Origin: Pseudomonadota bacterium
GTDB taxonomy: Bacteria; Pseudomonadota; Alphaproteobacteria; Rhodobacterales; Rhodobacteraceae
Length of the DNA stretch: 64,000 nt
Direction: 5' to 3'
NCBI GenBank assembly: GCA_039513195.1
Contig: JBCCRM010000021.1
Coordinates: 1,476-65,475 of the forward strand
Numbering within the stretch: the stretch's first letter is position 1; the number at the start of each line of letters is the position of its first letter. Below, in pieces: positions 29,197-38,654 of the stretch. Made by a program: the position numbers and the translations under genes. The notes under the pieces were generated by a model, which was given only the letters and a program-made list of their open reading frames with translations, did no database searches and was not told the origin of the DNA.

Positions 29197-29790
29197 ACCG
29201 GGGGCGAAACGGCAACTTCGGCGCTGAGGGTGGCAAGCAAGAAGTTCGGCGCGATGGCGGTTGTCCAGGCTCTGGATGGGGAGATCGACGACCGGACGCT
29301 CATCGCCTCTGTCGGCCATCGGGCTTTCGGCAGGTGATTTCCCGGCGGCTCCTCCTGGCGATCGAGGCGGTTAGTGCTGGGCAGATCCCGTTCGACGGCT
29401 AGGATGTCGGGGCAGCTTGCCGAGCGGTCGCCATGCCGCGGTGTTGTATCATAACGTGGGGCTTTGCCTGCAGATCAGTGTGGCCGCCGAGATGCCGGAG
29501 CTCGGCGCGTACCTGCTGCGCAAGCCGCCAGAGCAATCTGGTGGGCAGTGCCGGCTGGTCGCCATTGGGCAAAGCGTTGTTCTCCACCCCGACGTCGTCC
29601 GGATGGACGAAACGCTGTCAGACCTTGACTCGCAGTTGAGCAACCAATTGCCCAGTGAGATCCGCAGGCCGCAGTTGCGGCTTGGCGGACTTGGTCGTAA
29701 CCAGCCGGTGCGGTTTCGCGGCTGGATTTCGCAGGTGACGGGCGCCCCGGGAAAGGCGCAATTCATTGACTGGGATCGAGCGCCGTGGCC
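29197..29790 (+). pseudogene. degraded MalK/UgpC-type ABC transporter ATP-binding gene
   Basis: The homologous pieces lie in three different frames:
- ALRVASKKFGAMAVVQALDGEIDDRTLIASVGHRAFGR* (Walker A ruined).
- SRRLLLAIEAVSAGQIPFDG*.
- LYHNVGLCLQ...RKPPEQSGGQCRLVAIGQSVVLHPDVVRMDETLSDLDSQL (signature and Walker B relics). Confidence 0.7.
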
Positions 29791-30108
29791 TATCCCTACG
29801 CTTCTCAGGACATATGCCCAGGGCGCCGCGTCTGCCTCCAGGAGTGTGGCATCGCGAGCGCCCGCGGCGGTCTTCGACCTAGGTCGCTTGTGGGACGGCT
29901 GCGGATTGCTCTGCTGTGCCTGGGAATGCCCTCCCTCGCGCAGTCCGATCCTGTGCGCGTTGGCGGCCCCACCACTCGCGCCACGGTTGAGCCGCCGCCG
30001 CGTGCGCTGAGCCAACAAGGTGCCGGGAGGCGGTCGCGGCGGCCTTGGACGGCCGGGAAGGCCAGGCCCGCGGCAGCGGGCGGGCCGATCCCGGGCGGAA
30101 GGCCGCCC

Positions 30109-30764
30109 CTAGAAACTCAGCGCCGTCTGCCCGGTGTAAGGCGCAATGACCTTGGACGCATTCACTGGCGCCAACGCCGGGCTTGGTCGATCCGCTGCGG
30201 CAGATATCAGACGGGAGCGTTTAAATCTCGTCCTCGACTGCCTCGCGCACGGCCACTCTGAAGAGGTCGCGACCCATGGTTCTGGGCACTCGACCTGCTC
30301 AGCAGCGCGCCGCGCATTTGGCTTGGATTTCACCCAATCGGCGATCTCCGGCGGTTCATAGGCGGTCTTCCGCTGGTCGAAACGCTGGTGACGCGCGACC
30401 AATGGCGGAGCGCCTCGTCGACCAAGTTCCGCCTGGAGATCAGGTCCGGGGCCGCAACCTTGTGCCGCGGCGTAGTGCCCTCGAAGCTCACCACACACGG
30501 GCCGATAACCGCACTGGTCCCTCATGTTCCGCCGGATGGAGGCGAGGTCGTCGTCGAACTGCGCATTCTCCCGGCTAAAGCTGAACGCCTCCGTGGGGCG
30601 CGCAATCATCCGCGCCTTGCCCGCGAAGAACGCCGTTGAGACGCCCTGCTTTCGCGTAGGCCCGCCAGCGTCGTTAGCTGCTCATGGTCCATGTCGAGCC
30701 ACAGCTTTAGCATCGCCTGAGCGGCGACAACCCAGTCTTTCCGGATCGATGGTGTTCGCGTCAT
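30109..30764 (-). other. Shine-Dalgarno-led ORF that terminates early and continues in another frame (possible frameshifted gene)
   Basis: GGGGAGG Shine-Dalgarno site, then the ATG at 30764 gives MTRTPSIRKDWVVAAQAMLKLWLDMDHEQLTTLAGLRE and stops after 52 codons. The +2 frame stays open down to 30109 (ORF 30109..30609). No family recognised. Confidence 0.3.
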
Positions 30765-30892
30765 GCTTGCCTCCCCGGAAACCGCCTTGTTCTAGTCAAG
30801 GACCGGCGTCGATGTCTGGAACGGCACTGAGGGCAGCTCGCCGGCACGCTGAGAATTCGTTTGTGCTGGCCTGCGCCAAGCCCTTGGCCGCG

Positions 30893-32365
30893 TCATTTGA
30901 CCGGTATCGCGGCGGCGGGCCTGGACGGCTTCGCCGTCGTCTCCCGCCGAAGGGTCTTTGTAGGGAGGCGTCCGACCCTGGCTGTCAGCCCCCCGGCAGG
31001 ACGCGTGGTCAGCCGCACTACCGGGCGCACACGCTCCGGCCGGTCGATGGAAAAGGAGAAGCGGCGCAAAAGGCTCGCGAGGATCAGGGTTCCCTCAATC
31101 ACGGCGAAGGCGTTGCCGATGCAGACCCTTGGGCCGAGGCTGAAGGCGAGATAGCTTCCGGGCTCGATCGCCTTCTCCCGCTGGCCCAGGAAGCGGTCCG
31201 GATCGAACCGGTCTGGCCACTCCCAAAGGTCGTGATGGCGATGCAAGATCCAGGGCGCGATCATCACCATGGCGCCTTTCGGTACGCGATGCCCCGCAAT
31301 CTGCGTGGCCTGCAGCGCGACCCGCGGCAGGAAGGCCACCGGCGGGTAGAGGCGCAGCGTTTCGCGAAAGACGGCGCGGGTGAAAACCAGCCTTTTGACA
31401 GTATCGAGGGCAATAGGGCCATCGCCCGCAGCCGCCGCCACTTCGGCACGCAAACGAGCGAGCGCATCGGGCTGCTGCGAGAGGATAAAGAGCGCCCAGG
31501 TGACAGCGGTCGCCGTCGTCTCATGCCCCGCCAAGAAGAAGACCCCGATCTGGTCGATAAGCTCCTCGACCGTAAAACCCTCGCCGGTCGACGGATCACG
31601 GGCGGCGAGAACATCCGCGGCAATGTCGTGCCCTGATGCGGCAGGATCGGCCCGGCGCGCCTCGATCCAGTGGCGGAATTGCCCGCGGATCTTCGCGCAG
31701 GCCTCCATAACCGTTCGGGGTTGGCGGATCTCGGCCCAAGGTTTGCCGAGGATCAGGCGCGAGGGCTGGATGTTAGCCACGCGGTCCTGGAACTGGGCGA
31801 AATCGTCGAAGACCGACAGGGCGGCGCCACTGTCGAGCGATTGCGAAAATATCGTCCTGCAGATGATGTCAGCGGTCAGGCGGCTGATAGCGGCATCAAG
31901 CGGGAGGGGCTCGCCGCGTTCCGCGACCCCGTCGAGATGGTCCTCGAAGGCCGCAACGCTGTCTTGCATCTGCCCGTAGGCGCGGCCCACATGGATTCGG
32001 GAGAAGCTCGGCTCGATCATGCGGCGCTGCTTTTCCCACGCCGTGCCAGTGCTGATTAGGACGCCGTCGCCGACCAAAGGCCGGAGGGCGCCGACGAAAA
32101 GGTCATTTTTCGGGAAGGCCGCCACCTCGTCGACCATCACCTGGCGCACGAATTTCGGGTCGTTGACCAAGACGATGCCGCGGCGTGAAAACCCCATCCG
32201 ACCGATACGCATTTGGAAAGCGCGGGCAGGCAGCATCTCCAACAGATCGCCCCGCCCGCTCAACAGCGCCCGCATCAAAGCCGGGATCGGCGCAAGAGGG
32301 GTGGGGGCTGGCGGGCGGTACATCGGCGTCTCGGCAAGATCTGTGAAAATGGAAGCGCGTTCCAT
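30893..32365 (-). CDS. cytochrome P450
   Basis: Heme loop FSLGPRVCIGNAF, EXXR (ETLR), I-helix AGHETT. The start could be the later Met at 32323. Confidence 0.9.
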   Translation of the reverse strand: MERASIFTDLAETPMYRPPAPTPLAPIPALMRALLSGRGDLLEMLPARAFQMRIGRMGFSRRGIVLVNDPKFVRQVMVDEVAAFPKNDLFVGALRPLVGDGVLISTGTAWEKQRRMIEPSFSRIHVGRAYGQMQDSVAAFEDHLDGVAERGEPLPLDAAISRLTADIICRTIFSQSLDSGAALSVFDDFAQFQDRVANIQPSRLILGKPWAEIRQPRTVMEACAKIRGQFRHWIEARRADPAASGHDIAADVLAARDPSTGEGFTVEELIDQIGVFFLAGHETTATAVTWALFILSQQPDALARLRAEVAAAAGDGPIALDTVKRLVFTRAVFRETLRLYPPVAFLPRVALQATQIAGHRVPKGAMVMIAPWILHRHHDLWEWPDRFDPDRFLGQREKAIEPGSYLAFSLGPRVCIGNAFAVIEGTLILASLLRRFSFSIDRPERVRPVVRLTTRPAGGLTARVGRLPTKTLRRETTAKPSRPAAAIPVK

Positions 32366-32513
32366 TTTGGAATGCCCGCTTCGCCATCGCGTGGCAAGGG
32401 CTGCGGCCGATGCGTGGCAAACGGGGACCGTCTTGGTGCCGCGGCGTCCGATTGACGCGTGTTGGGGCGGACCCTAGGGTGCCGCGCGAACCCGCCGCGC
32501 CCAGGAGATCGCC

Positions 32514-33494
32514 ATGAGCTTCATCGTCCAACCCGCCCCGCCCGCGCGCCCAAATCGATGCCAATTGTTCGGCCCTGGCTCCCGCCCGGCGCTGTTCGAG
32601 AAGATGGCGGCCTCGGCGGCGGATGTGGTGAACCTGGACCTGGAAGATGCAGTTGCGCCCGACGACAAGGAGCAAGCGCGCAAGAACATCGTCGAGGCGA
32701 TCAACGACATCGATTGGGGCAGCAAGACGGTCAGCGTGCGGATCAACGGCCTAGACACCCCCTATTGGGTGCGGGACGTGGTCGACCTAATGGAACAGAC
32801 CCATGGCCGGCTCGATCTGATCATGATCCCGAAAGCGGGTAACGCGAAGGATGTCTATACGGTGGACGCCATCGTCTCGGCCATCGAGGCTCAGAAGGGC
32901 GCCAAGAAACGTCTCGGCCTGGAGGTGATCATCGAGACCGCGGCCGGCCTGGCCCATGTCGAGGAGATTGCGGCCTCGAGCCCGCGGATGGAGGCGATGA
33001 GCATCGGTCCTGCCGATTACGCGGCTTTCATGGGCATGCAGACAACAGCCATCGGAGGTACGCAGGAGAACTACCATATGATCGGCGATCCGCAGGAGGA
33101 TGCGCCGCGCCCGATCCATTACGCCGATCCATGGCATTACCCCACGGTCGCCATTGTGGCCGCCTGCCGCACCCACGGTGTGCTGCCAGTCGATGGGCCG
33201 TTCGGCGATTTCTCGGACCCCGATGGGTTCAAGGCGCAGGCGTTGCGGTCGGCCACGCTGGGCATGGTCGGCAAATGGGCGATCCACCCGAGCCAGATTG
33301 CGCTCGCGAACGAGGTCTTTACCCCGTCCGACGCAGCAGTCACCAAGGCAAAGCGGATCATAGAGGCGATGGCCGAGGCCGAGAAACAGGGTGCCGGCGC
33401 CGTCACGCTCGACGGCAAACTCATCGACCTCGCCTCGATCCGCCAGGCGCAGGTAGTCGTTAAGCAAGCGGAGTTGATCGCCGACAATGCCTGA
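32514..33494 (+). CDS. mcl1: L-malyl-CoA / beta-methylmalyl-CoA lyase
   Basis: MSFIVQPAPPARPNRCQLFGPGSRPALFEKMAASAADVVNLDLED is near-identical over long stretches to my recollection of Rhodobacter Mcl1. HpcH/HpaI aldolase fold. Confidence 0.85.
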   Translation: MSFIVQPAPPARPNRCQLFGPGSRPALFEKMAASAADVVNLDLEDAVAPDDKEQARKNIVEAINDIDWGSKTVSVRINGLDTPYWVRDVVDLMEQTHGRLDLIMIPKAGNAKDVYTVDAIVSAIEAQKGAKKRLGLEVIIETAAGLAHVEEIAASSPRMEAMSIGPADYAAFMGMQTTAIGGTQENYHMIGDPQEDAPRPIHYADPWHYPTVAIVAACRTHGVLPVDGPFGDFSDPDGFKAQALRSATLGMVGKWAIHPSQIALANEVFTPSDAAVTKAKRIIEAMAEAEKQGAGAVTLDGKLIDLASIRQAQVVVKQAELIADNA

Positions 33495-33521
33495 GGGGGC
33501 ACTCCCGGCGCTAGAGCAGGA

Positions 33522-35558
33522 TCAGGCGAAGACGAAGTTTTCCTCGCCCAGCAGAGTGTCGACATTGCGAAGCACGATGCTGCCGCCGTCGCCGAGATCG
33601 ATCATCAAGCTGGACCCTCGGTAAAGGGCGATGGAGAGGTCCGAGAAACTGGCTCCATCGGCGATCTGGATGGTGTCGATCCCGGTTTGGAAATCCGTGA
33701 TCACGTCCGCACCGCCGTCGGCGCCGAAAATGAATCGGTCGGCCCCGCCGCCTCCGGTCAGGAAGTCTCGCCCGTCCCGCCCGTTCAGGGTGTCGTCGCC
33801 TCCCCGGCCGATCAGTCGGTTGGTGCCTGCATCCCCGAACAATAGGTCGCCCTGTCGCGATCCAACTGCGCCTTCGACCCCGGAATAGGTGTCGCCGGCA
33901 GCGTCGTTGCGAAAGCCGCGACCAGCGGCGAGGTCGACACGCACGCCGATGGCGGCATTGTCGTATCGGGCGAGGTCGATCCCAGCACCGCCATCGATTT
34001 GGTCTGCACCCGCGCCGCCGATTAGCCAGTCGTTGCCGCCGCCACCGGAGAGTTGGTCATCCCCCGCGCCGCCGTCGAGCCAGTCGCGCCCGGCGCCACC
34101 GTCGAGCCCATCTTCGCCACCGCCGCCATAGATCCGGTCGTCACCCCCCGCGCCGGAGATTTGGTCGTCGCCGCCGACGCCTTTGATTACGTCATTGGTG
34201 CGGCTGCCAGAGATGAAGTCGCCATGATCGCTGCCGACCGCGCGCTCTATACCTTGGAAGATGTCGCCTTCGGCCCATCCCCCATCGCCGGTGCCGCTGG
34301 CGAGGTCGAAGGACACGCCCTCGGTCGCTTTGCGGTAATTGATGAAATCGACCCCGTCGCCGCCGAACAGCCGGTCGGCGCCGCGTCCGCCGTCTAGGAC
34401 GTCGTTGCCCCGACCGCCGAACAGGTCGTCGTCTCCGGCGCCGCCGCGGAGAATGTTGCGGACATCATTGCCGAAGAGAAGATCGTCGCCCCCGCCTGCG
34501 GTCGCATTCTCGATCACCGCCCCGGGCGCTATGGCAAGGTTTTGGGATAGATGGCCGACCGAGGACAGGCCGCCTTCTGCCAGGTCGATCTCTTGGTCCA
34601 TGTTCCAGCGGGAGACATTGATGGTGTCGATGCCACCGGCGTCCCAGATGGCCACCACCGGATTAATGTTGATGGTGAAATCGAACGCGTCACGGTCTGC
34701 ATTGCTGCCAAAGCCATAGACGGTGTTGCCTGTTCGGGTTGTCATATCGGCGCCATAGAGCGACTGAACAGCGACAATGTCGTTCAGAAGCGGTGTTGCC
34801 GCGAAGGACCGGCCCTGGGTACCCAGGTGATCGGCGCCAGAGCCATTGGCTTGAGCGTCAAAATAGGACATGAGCGTGAAGGCGCGCGTGTCCTGGAAAT
34901 GGGTCGCGTCACGGGTATAGCTCGCCGATCCGTTGTACTGCCCCGGATGGGTCAGGCCGAGCGTGTGCCCGATCTCGTGGAGGTAGGTGAGGACGCCATA
35001 GCCGCCGAGGTACAGGTCGCTATCCTCGTCATGGGTCCACCAGGTCGACCCCATCCAAGCCTGCGCGACCACCATGCTGTAGTCGGCGCGCTCGTTGCCG
35101 GCGAGACTGTAGTAATAGCGCGCATAGGTACCGCCGCCGGTGTTGGAGGAGTAGTTGAAGGTGATGTCGGCGGTGGGATCGTCGGTTTCCTCCACCAGAT
35201 CGATGTCGATCAAATCGTCCCAGAGCTGGAACGCCTCGCGCGCAGCAGCCTCTTGTGCTGCCGACATCGCGACGTAGCCGGTGTATTCGGCCGTGTTGAC
35301 CGGACTGTCGGACGCGGCGCGACCCGTCCCGATCGAGAAGCTGACCTCGTCTTGGCGCCATGCGATGGAGCCGCGGCCGGCATCGGCGGTGGTTAGGGCG
35401 CGTACGATACCGGTCTGATCGTAGACGGGTTTGGTGGGCGTGCCTTCTGACGCGATCTCCTCGGCCGTGGCGTCGGCTCTTCCGCCGAGCTCATCTTGAT
35501 CGGGCGGACCTTGCCGGCAATGCGCGCAGGCGCAGCCGGCGGCATGGTTCGCGAACAT
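33522..35558 (-). CDS. serralysin-like (M10B) zinc metalloprotease with RTX calcium-binding repeats
   Basis: HEIGHTLGLTHP zinc site, Met-turn TLMSYF, many GGxGxD nonapeptides, and a C-terminal tail that looks like a type I secretion (T1SS) signal. Confidence 0.85.
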   Translation of the reverse strand: MFANHAAGCACAHCRQGPPDQDELGGRADATAEEIASEGTPTKPVYDQTGIVRALTTADAGRGSIAWRQDEVSFSIGTGRAASDSPVNTAEYTGYVAMSAAQEAAAREAFQLWDDLIDIDLVEETDDPTADITFNYSSNTGGGTYARYYYSLAGNERADYSMVVAQAWMGSTWWTHDEDSDLYLGGYGVLTYLHEIGHTLGLTHPGQYNGSASYTRDATHFQDTRAFTLMSYFDAQANGSGADHLGTQGRSFAATPLLNDIVAVQSLYGADMTTRTGNTVYGFGSNADRDAFDFTININPVVAIWDAGGIDTINVSRWNMDQEIDLAEGGLSSVGHLSQNLAIAPGAVIENATAGGGDDLLFGNDVRNILRGGAGDDDLFGGRGNDVLDGGRGADRLFGGDGVDFINYRKATEGVSFDLASGTGDGGWAEGDIFQGIERAVGSDHGDFISGSRTNDVIKGVGGDDQISGAGGDDRIYGGGGEDGLDGGAGRDWLDGGAGDDQLSGGGGNDWLIGGAGADQIDGGAGIDLARYDNAAIGVRVDLAAGRGFRNDAAGDTYSGVEGAVGSRQGDLLFGDAGTNRLIGRGGDDTLNGRDGRDFLTGGGGADRFIFGADGGADVITDFQTGIDTIQIADGASFSDLSIALYRGSSLMIDLGDGGSIVLRNVDTLLGEENFVFA
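33723..34499 (-). repeat. RTX nonapeptide repeat blocks (coding)
   Basis: Runs such as GGAGDDDLFGGRGNDVLDGGRGADRLFGGDG and GGAGRDWLDGGAGDDQLSGGGGNDWLIGGAGAD, at roughly aa 354-612 of the protease. Confidence 0.8.
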
Positions 35559-35788
35559 GGCACGATTCCTTGAACTAAACGCGTGCCGGATCGTCCAGGC
35601 ACATTATGGAAACTTGATGACGAGATTGAAGAGTACTGGCTAAACCTCTTCACTCGCTTAAGTATTGTGATGAATAGAGATGGTTGATTAAGCATTGCAT
35701 TCTGTCGCCCGATAGCCCAAATCAGCGACTGAGGGCAGCGTGGTCGGGCGAGTGCTTACAACCGCTGCGGGCAGACCTTGGGACGCGG

Positions 35789-36748
35789 ATGCAGAATTAT
35801 CTCGATTTCGAAAAGGGCTTGGCTGAGTTGCAGGGGAAGGCGACGGAGCTTCGGGCGATGGCCCGGCAGGACCCGAGTCTTAACGTCGAGGGGGAAGCGG
35901 ACACGCTTGAGGCGCGGGCCGAGGAGATGCTGCGCGAGCTCTACGAGGATCTCTCGCCCTGGAGGAAGTGCCAGGTGGCACGGCATCCGGACCGCCCCCA
36001 TGCCCTCGACTATGTGCGGGCGCTGTTCACCGAGTTCACGCCCCTGGCGGGGGATCGGAACTTTGCCGAGGACCATGCGGTGGTCGGCGGCCTCGCCCGG
36101 TTCAACGACCGTCCGGTGGTCGTTATGGGTCAGGAAAAGGGGGCGAACACCCGCAGCCGCTTGGAGCGCAATTTCGGCATGGCTCGGCCCGAGGGCTATC
36201 GCAAGGCGGTGCGGCTCATGGATCTGGCCGACCGGTTCGGCTTGCCGGTGATCACGCTGGTGGACACGCCTGGGGCCTATCCCGGCAAGGGCGCGGAGGA
36301 GCGCGGTCAGGCGGAGGCGATTGCCAGGGCGACGGAGAAATGCCTAGCGCTCGGCGTGCCGCTGGTGGCGGTGGTGATCGGCGAGGGGGGCTCCGGCGGT
36401 GCGGTGGCCTTCGCGACCGCCAACAAGGTAGTGATGCTGGAGCATGCGATCTATTCGGTGATCTCGCCGGAGGGCTGCGCCTCGATCCTTTGGAAGGATG
36501 CCGAGAAGATGCGAGAGGCGGCGCAGGCGCTCCGCCTCACGGCGCAGGATTTACTGGCGCTGGGGGTCGTGGACATGATCGTCTCGGAGCCCTTAGGCGG
36601 GGCGCAACGGAACCCAGACGCGGCGATGGCCAGCGTCGGCCATGCGATCGAGCATATGCTCGGTGCCCTCGCAGACCAGACGCCTGAGGCGCTGCGCAAT
36701 GGGCGTCGCGACAAGTTCCTGCAGATGGGGACGAAAAGCCTCGCCTGA
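35789..36748 (+). CDS. accA: acetyl-CoA carboxylase carboxyltransferase subunit alpha
   Basis: [17 protein letters not shown] start. DTPGAYPG and GEGGSGGA motifs. Confidence 0.9.
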   Translation: MQNYLDFEKGLAELQGKATELRAMARQDPSLNVEGEADTLEARAEEMLRELYEDLSPWRKCQVARHPDRPHALDYVRALFTEFTPLAGDRNFAEDHAVVGGLARFNDRPVVVMGQEKGANTRSRLERNFGMARPEGYRKAVRLMDLADRFGLPVITLVDTPGAYPGKGAEERGQAEAIARATEKCLALGVPLVAVVIGEGGSGGAVAFATANKVVMLEHAIYSVISPEGCASILWKDAEKMREAAQALRLTAQDLLALGVVDMIVSEPLGGAQRNPDAAMASVGHAIEHMLGALADQTPEALRNGRRDKFLQMGTKSLA

Positions 36749-36810
36749 CGAGGCTGGCTGCGGGAACGATGCGGAATCGCGAGCGGGGCGGGCCCCGGAT
36801 GTGAATTAAA

Positions 36811-36839
36811 GGGGGCGGGGGGGCCCCCGGCCGCCCCCG
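36811..36839. terminator. very GC-rich hairpin between convergent accA and plsC
   Basis: GGGGGCGG...CCGCCCCC with an inner GGGGG/CCCCC pairing. On the minus strand it is followed by TTTAATT. Confidence 0.5.
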
Positions 36840-37035
36840 CGCGGGCGCCTCGCGCCGCTGCGCTTGCGCATTTGGCAAAGCCCTGGCAAGGCGACCGAAA
36901 GGACCACCAGGGGCGGTCTTGGCCGAGGAGCTCAAAGTTTTGGATCGCTTCAAAGGAAAGCCGGTCTGGCGCCCGGTCGCGGCCCGCTGCGACCGTTGGC
37001 CCGGCGCCGGTCTTCGACCCTTCGGATAAACGTGA

Positions 37036-37761
37036 TCAGGTCTTTAGTCCTGTCGAGGCTTCGGCTCCCAGACGGTCCGAGGCGGCTTCGACCTCCGCCT
37101 CGATCCGCGCCATAAGGGTCGCACCTTGCGCGTCGGGGGGCAGGCGACCCAGGAATTCGACCACGGCGCGGCCCGGATGGCGCAGAACGCCGCGGCGGGG
37201 CCAAAACCAGCCGGCATTGGTCGCGGCCAAGGCAACCGGCAAACCGGTGCGCTGAGCGATCAGGGCTGCCCCGCGGCGGTAGGGCCGGACCTCGCCCGGC
37301 GGCACCCGAGTGCCTTGCGGATAGATCACAATCTGCCCGTCGTAGCGCCCCTGCGCCTCGGCCGCATGGGCCATCCGTTCGCCCTGGCCCTTGCCTGCCC
37401 GGTCGACCACGATGGTTCCGAGGCGCCATGTGTAGAGACCGAAGATCGGCGCCCAAAGGAGCGAGCGCTTCATCACGAAGGTAGGGCGCGGGAGGGCCGC
37501 GAAGAGCATCAGGACGTCGAGGAGCGATTGATGCTTTGCCGCCACCAACACCGGGTCGGATGGCACGGCGCCGCGAATCTCCGTCTCGATGCCGCAGAAC
37601 AGCCAGGCGAGGCGGAAGACGAGCCGACAGTAAAGCTTCATCCACGCATAGGTGAGATCGCGCGACCACAGGAGCAGCGGCAGGCCGAGCACGCCCATGA
37701 GCAGCATCAACGCATAGATGACGGCGACGAAGACCAGAGAGCGCACCCAAAGCCCGATCAT
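37036..37761 (-). CDS. plsC: 1-acyl-sn-glycerol-3-phosphate acyltransferase
   Basis: HX4D box KHQSLLD and PQGTR motif. ATG at 37761 overlaps the ftsX stop (ATGA). Confidence 0.8.
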   Translation of the reverse strand: MIGLWVRSLVFVAVIYALMLLMGVLGLPLLLWSRDLTYAWMKLYCRLVFRLAWLFCGIETEIRGAVPSDPVLVAAKHQSLLDVLMLFAALPRPTFVMKRSLLWAPIFGLYTWRLGTIVVDRAGKGQGERMAHAAEAQGRYDGQIVIYPQGTRVPPGEVRPYRRGAALIAQRTGLPVALAATNAGWFWPRRGVLRHPGRAVVEFLGRLPPDAQGATLMARIEAEVEAASDRLGAEASTGLKT

Positions 37762-38654
37762 GGCAGCCGGCGCAGCATCGCGGATGCGGCGATACGAGCG
37801 GTCGCCCAGGTCACGGCCCCTGCGGCGAGCGCTATGGCGCCGGCGAGCATCGCCCCGCCCGCGAGGCTCGGCTGCAGCGACCCGGCTCCGTCCGGGCCCG
37901 GCAGCGGTGTCGGTAAGAGGCGCAGGGCCGCCAGGCCCAAAACGGCGCCAAGGAACGCTCCGATCGCGGCGAGGAGGGTCAGCCGACCGACCAGGGCGCC
38001 GGTGATGTGGCGATCCTCGCCGCCGAGGAGCCGGAGGAGTTTGAGCGTCCCGGCATGGCTGGCGAGGCTTGCTTTCGCGGCAAGGCCGATCATTGCGCCT
38101 GCGGCGATGGAGATCAGCGCAGTCGCGATCCATGCTAGCCGCCCAAGGCCATCTGCCGCCGCAAGCGCCGGTGCCCGCCAGGCGCCATGCCCATCATAGC
38201 GAGCGCCGGGCACAGCGAGGGCGAGCCTTGTCTGCACCTGCGCCGGATCGGGGCCGCCATCGTGGAGGAGCACATCGGCAACCAATGGCACCGGCAGCGC
38301 GTCGAGCGGCGCCCCTTCGCCGAGCCACGGTGTGAGAAGCTCGGCCTGCGCGTCGTCGCTTAGTGGTTCTACCGCCGCGATGCCCGCCATGTCTCGCAGG
38401 AGCGTCGCCGCCGCCTCCATCCGCTCCGGCTGGGTCGCCTTGGGCGGTGCGATCCAGAGCGTGGCGCGGCGGGCGAGGTCGTCTCGCCAGCTCTCGCTTA
38501 GCGCCGCGGCACCGAGGCCCACACTGACCGACAGGATCGCAAGGAACCCCATCGAGGCCGCCGCGCCGGCCGCCAGCCAGACGGTCCAGCCGGTGGCCGG
38601 CATTGCCGGCGGGTAGCGATTGCCCAGAGCGGCGTCCAACCAGACCCGGATCAC
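37758..38654 (-). CDS. ftsX: cell division ABC transporter permease-like protein FtsX
   Basis: 298 aa with 4 transmembrane helices and a large first periplasmic loop. ATGA overlap with ftsE. Confidence 0.75.
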   Translation of the reverse strand: MIRVWLDAALGNRYPPAMPATGWTVWLAAGAAASMGFLAILSVSVGLGAAALSESWRDDLARRATLWIAPPKATQPERMEAAATLLRDMAGIAAVEPLSDDAQAELLTPWLGEGAPLDALPVPLVADVLLHDGGPDPAQVQTRLALAVPGARYDGHGAWRAPALAAADGLGRLAWIATALISIAAGAMIGLAAKASLASHAGTLKLLRLLGGEDRHITGALVGRLTLLAAIGAFLGAVLGLAALRLLPTPLPGPDGAGSLQPSLAGGAMLAGAIALAAGAVTWATARIAASAMLRRLP

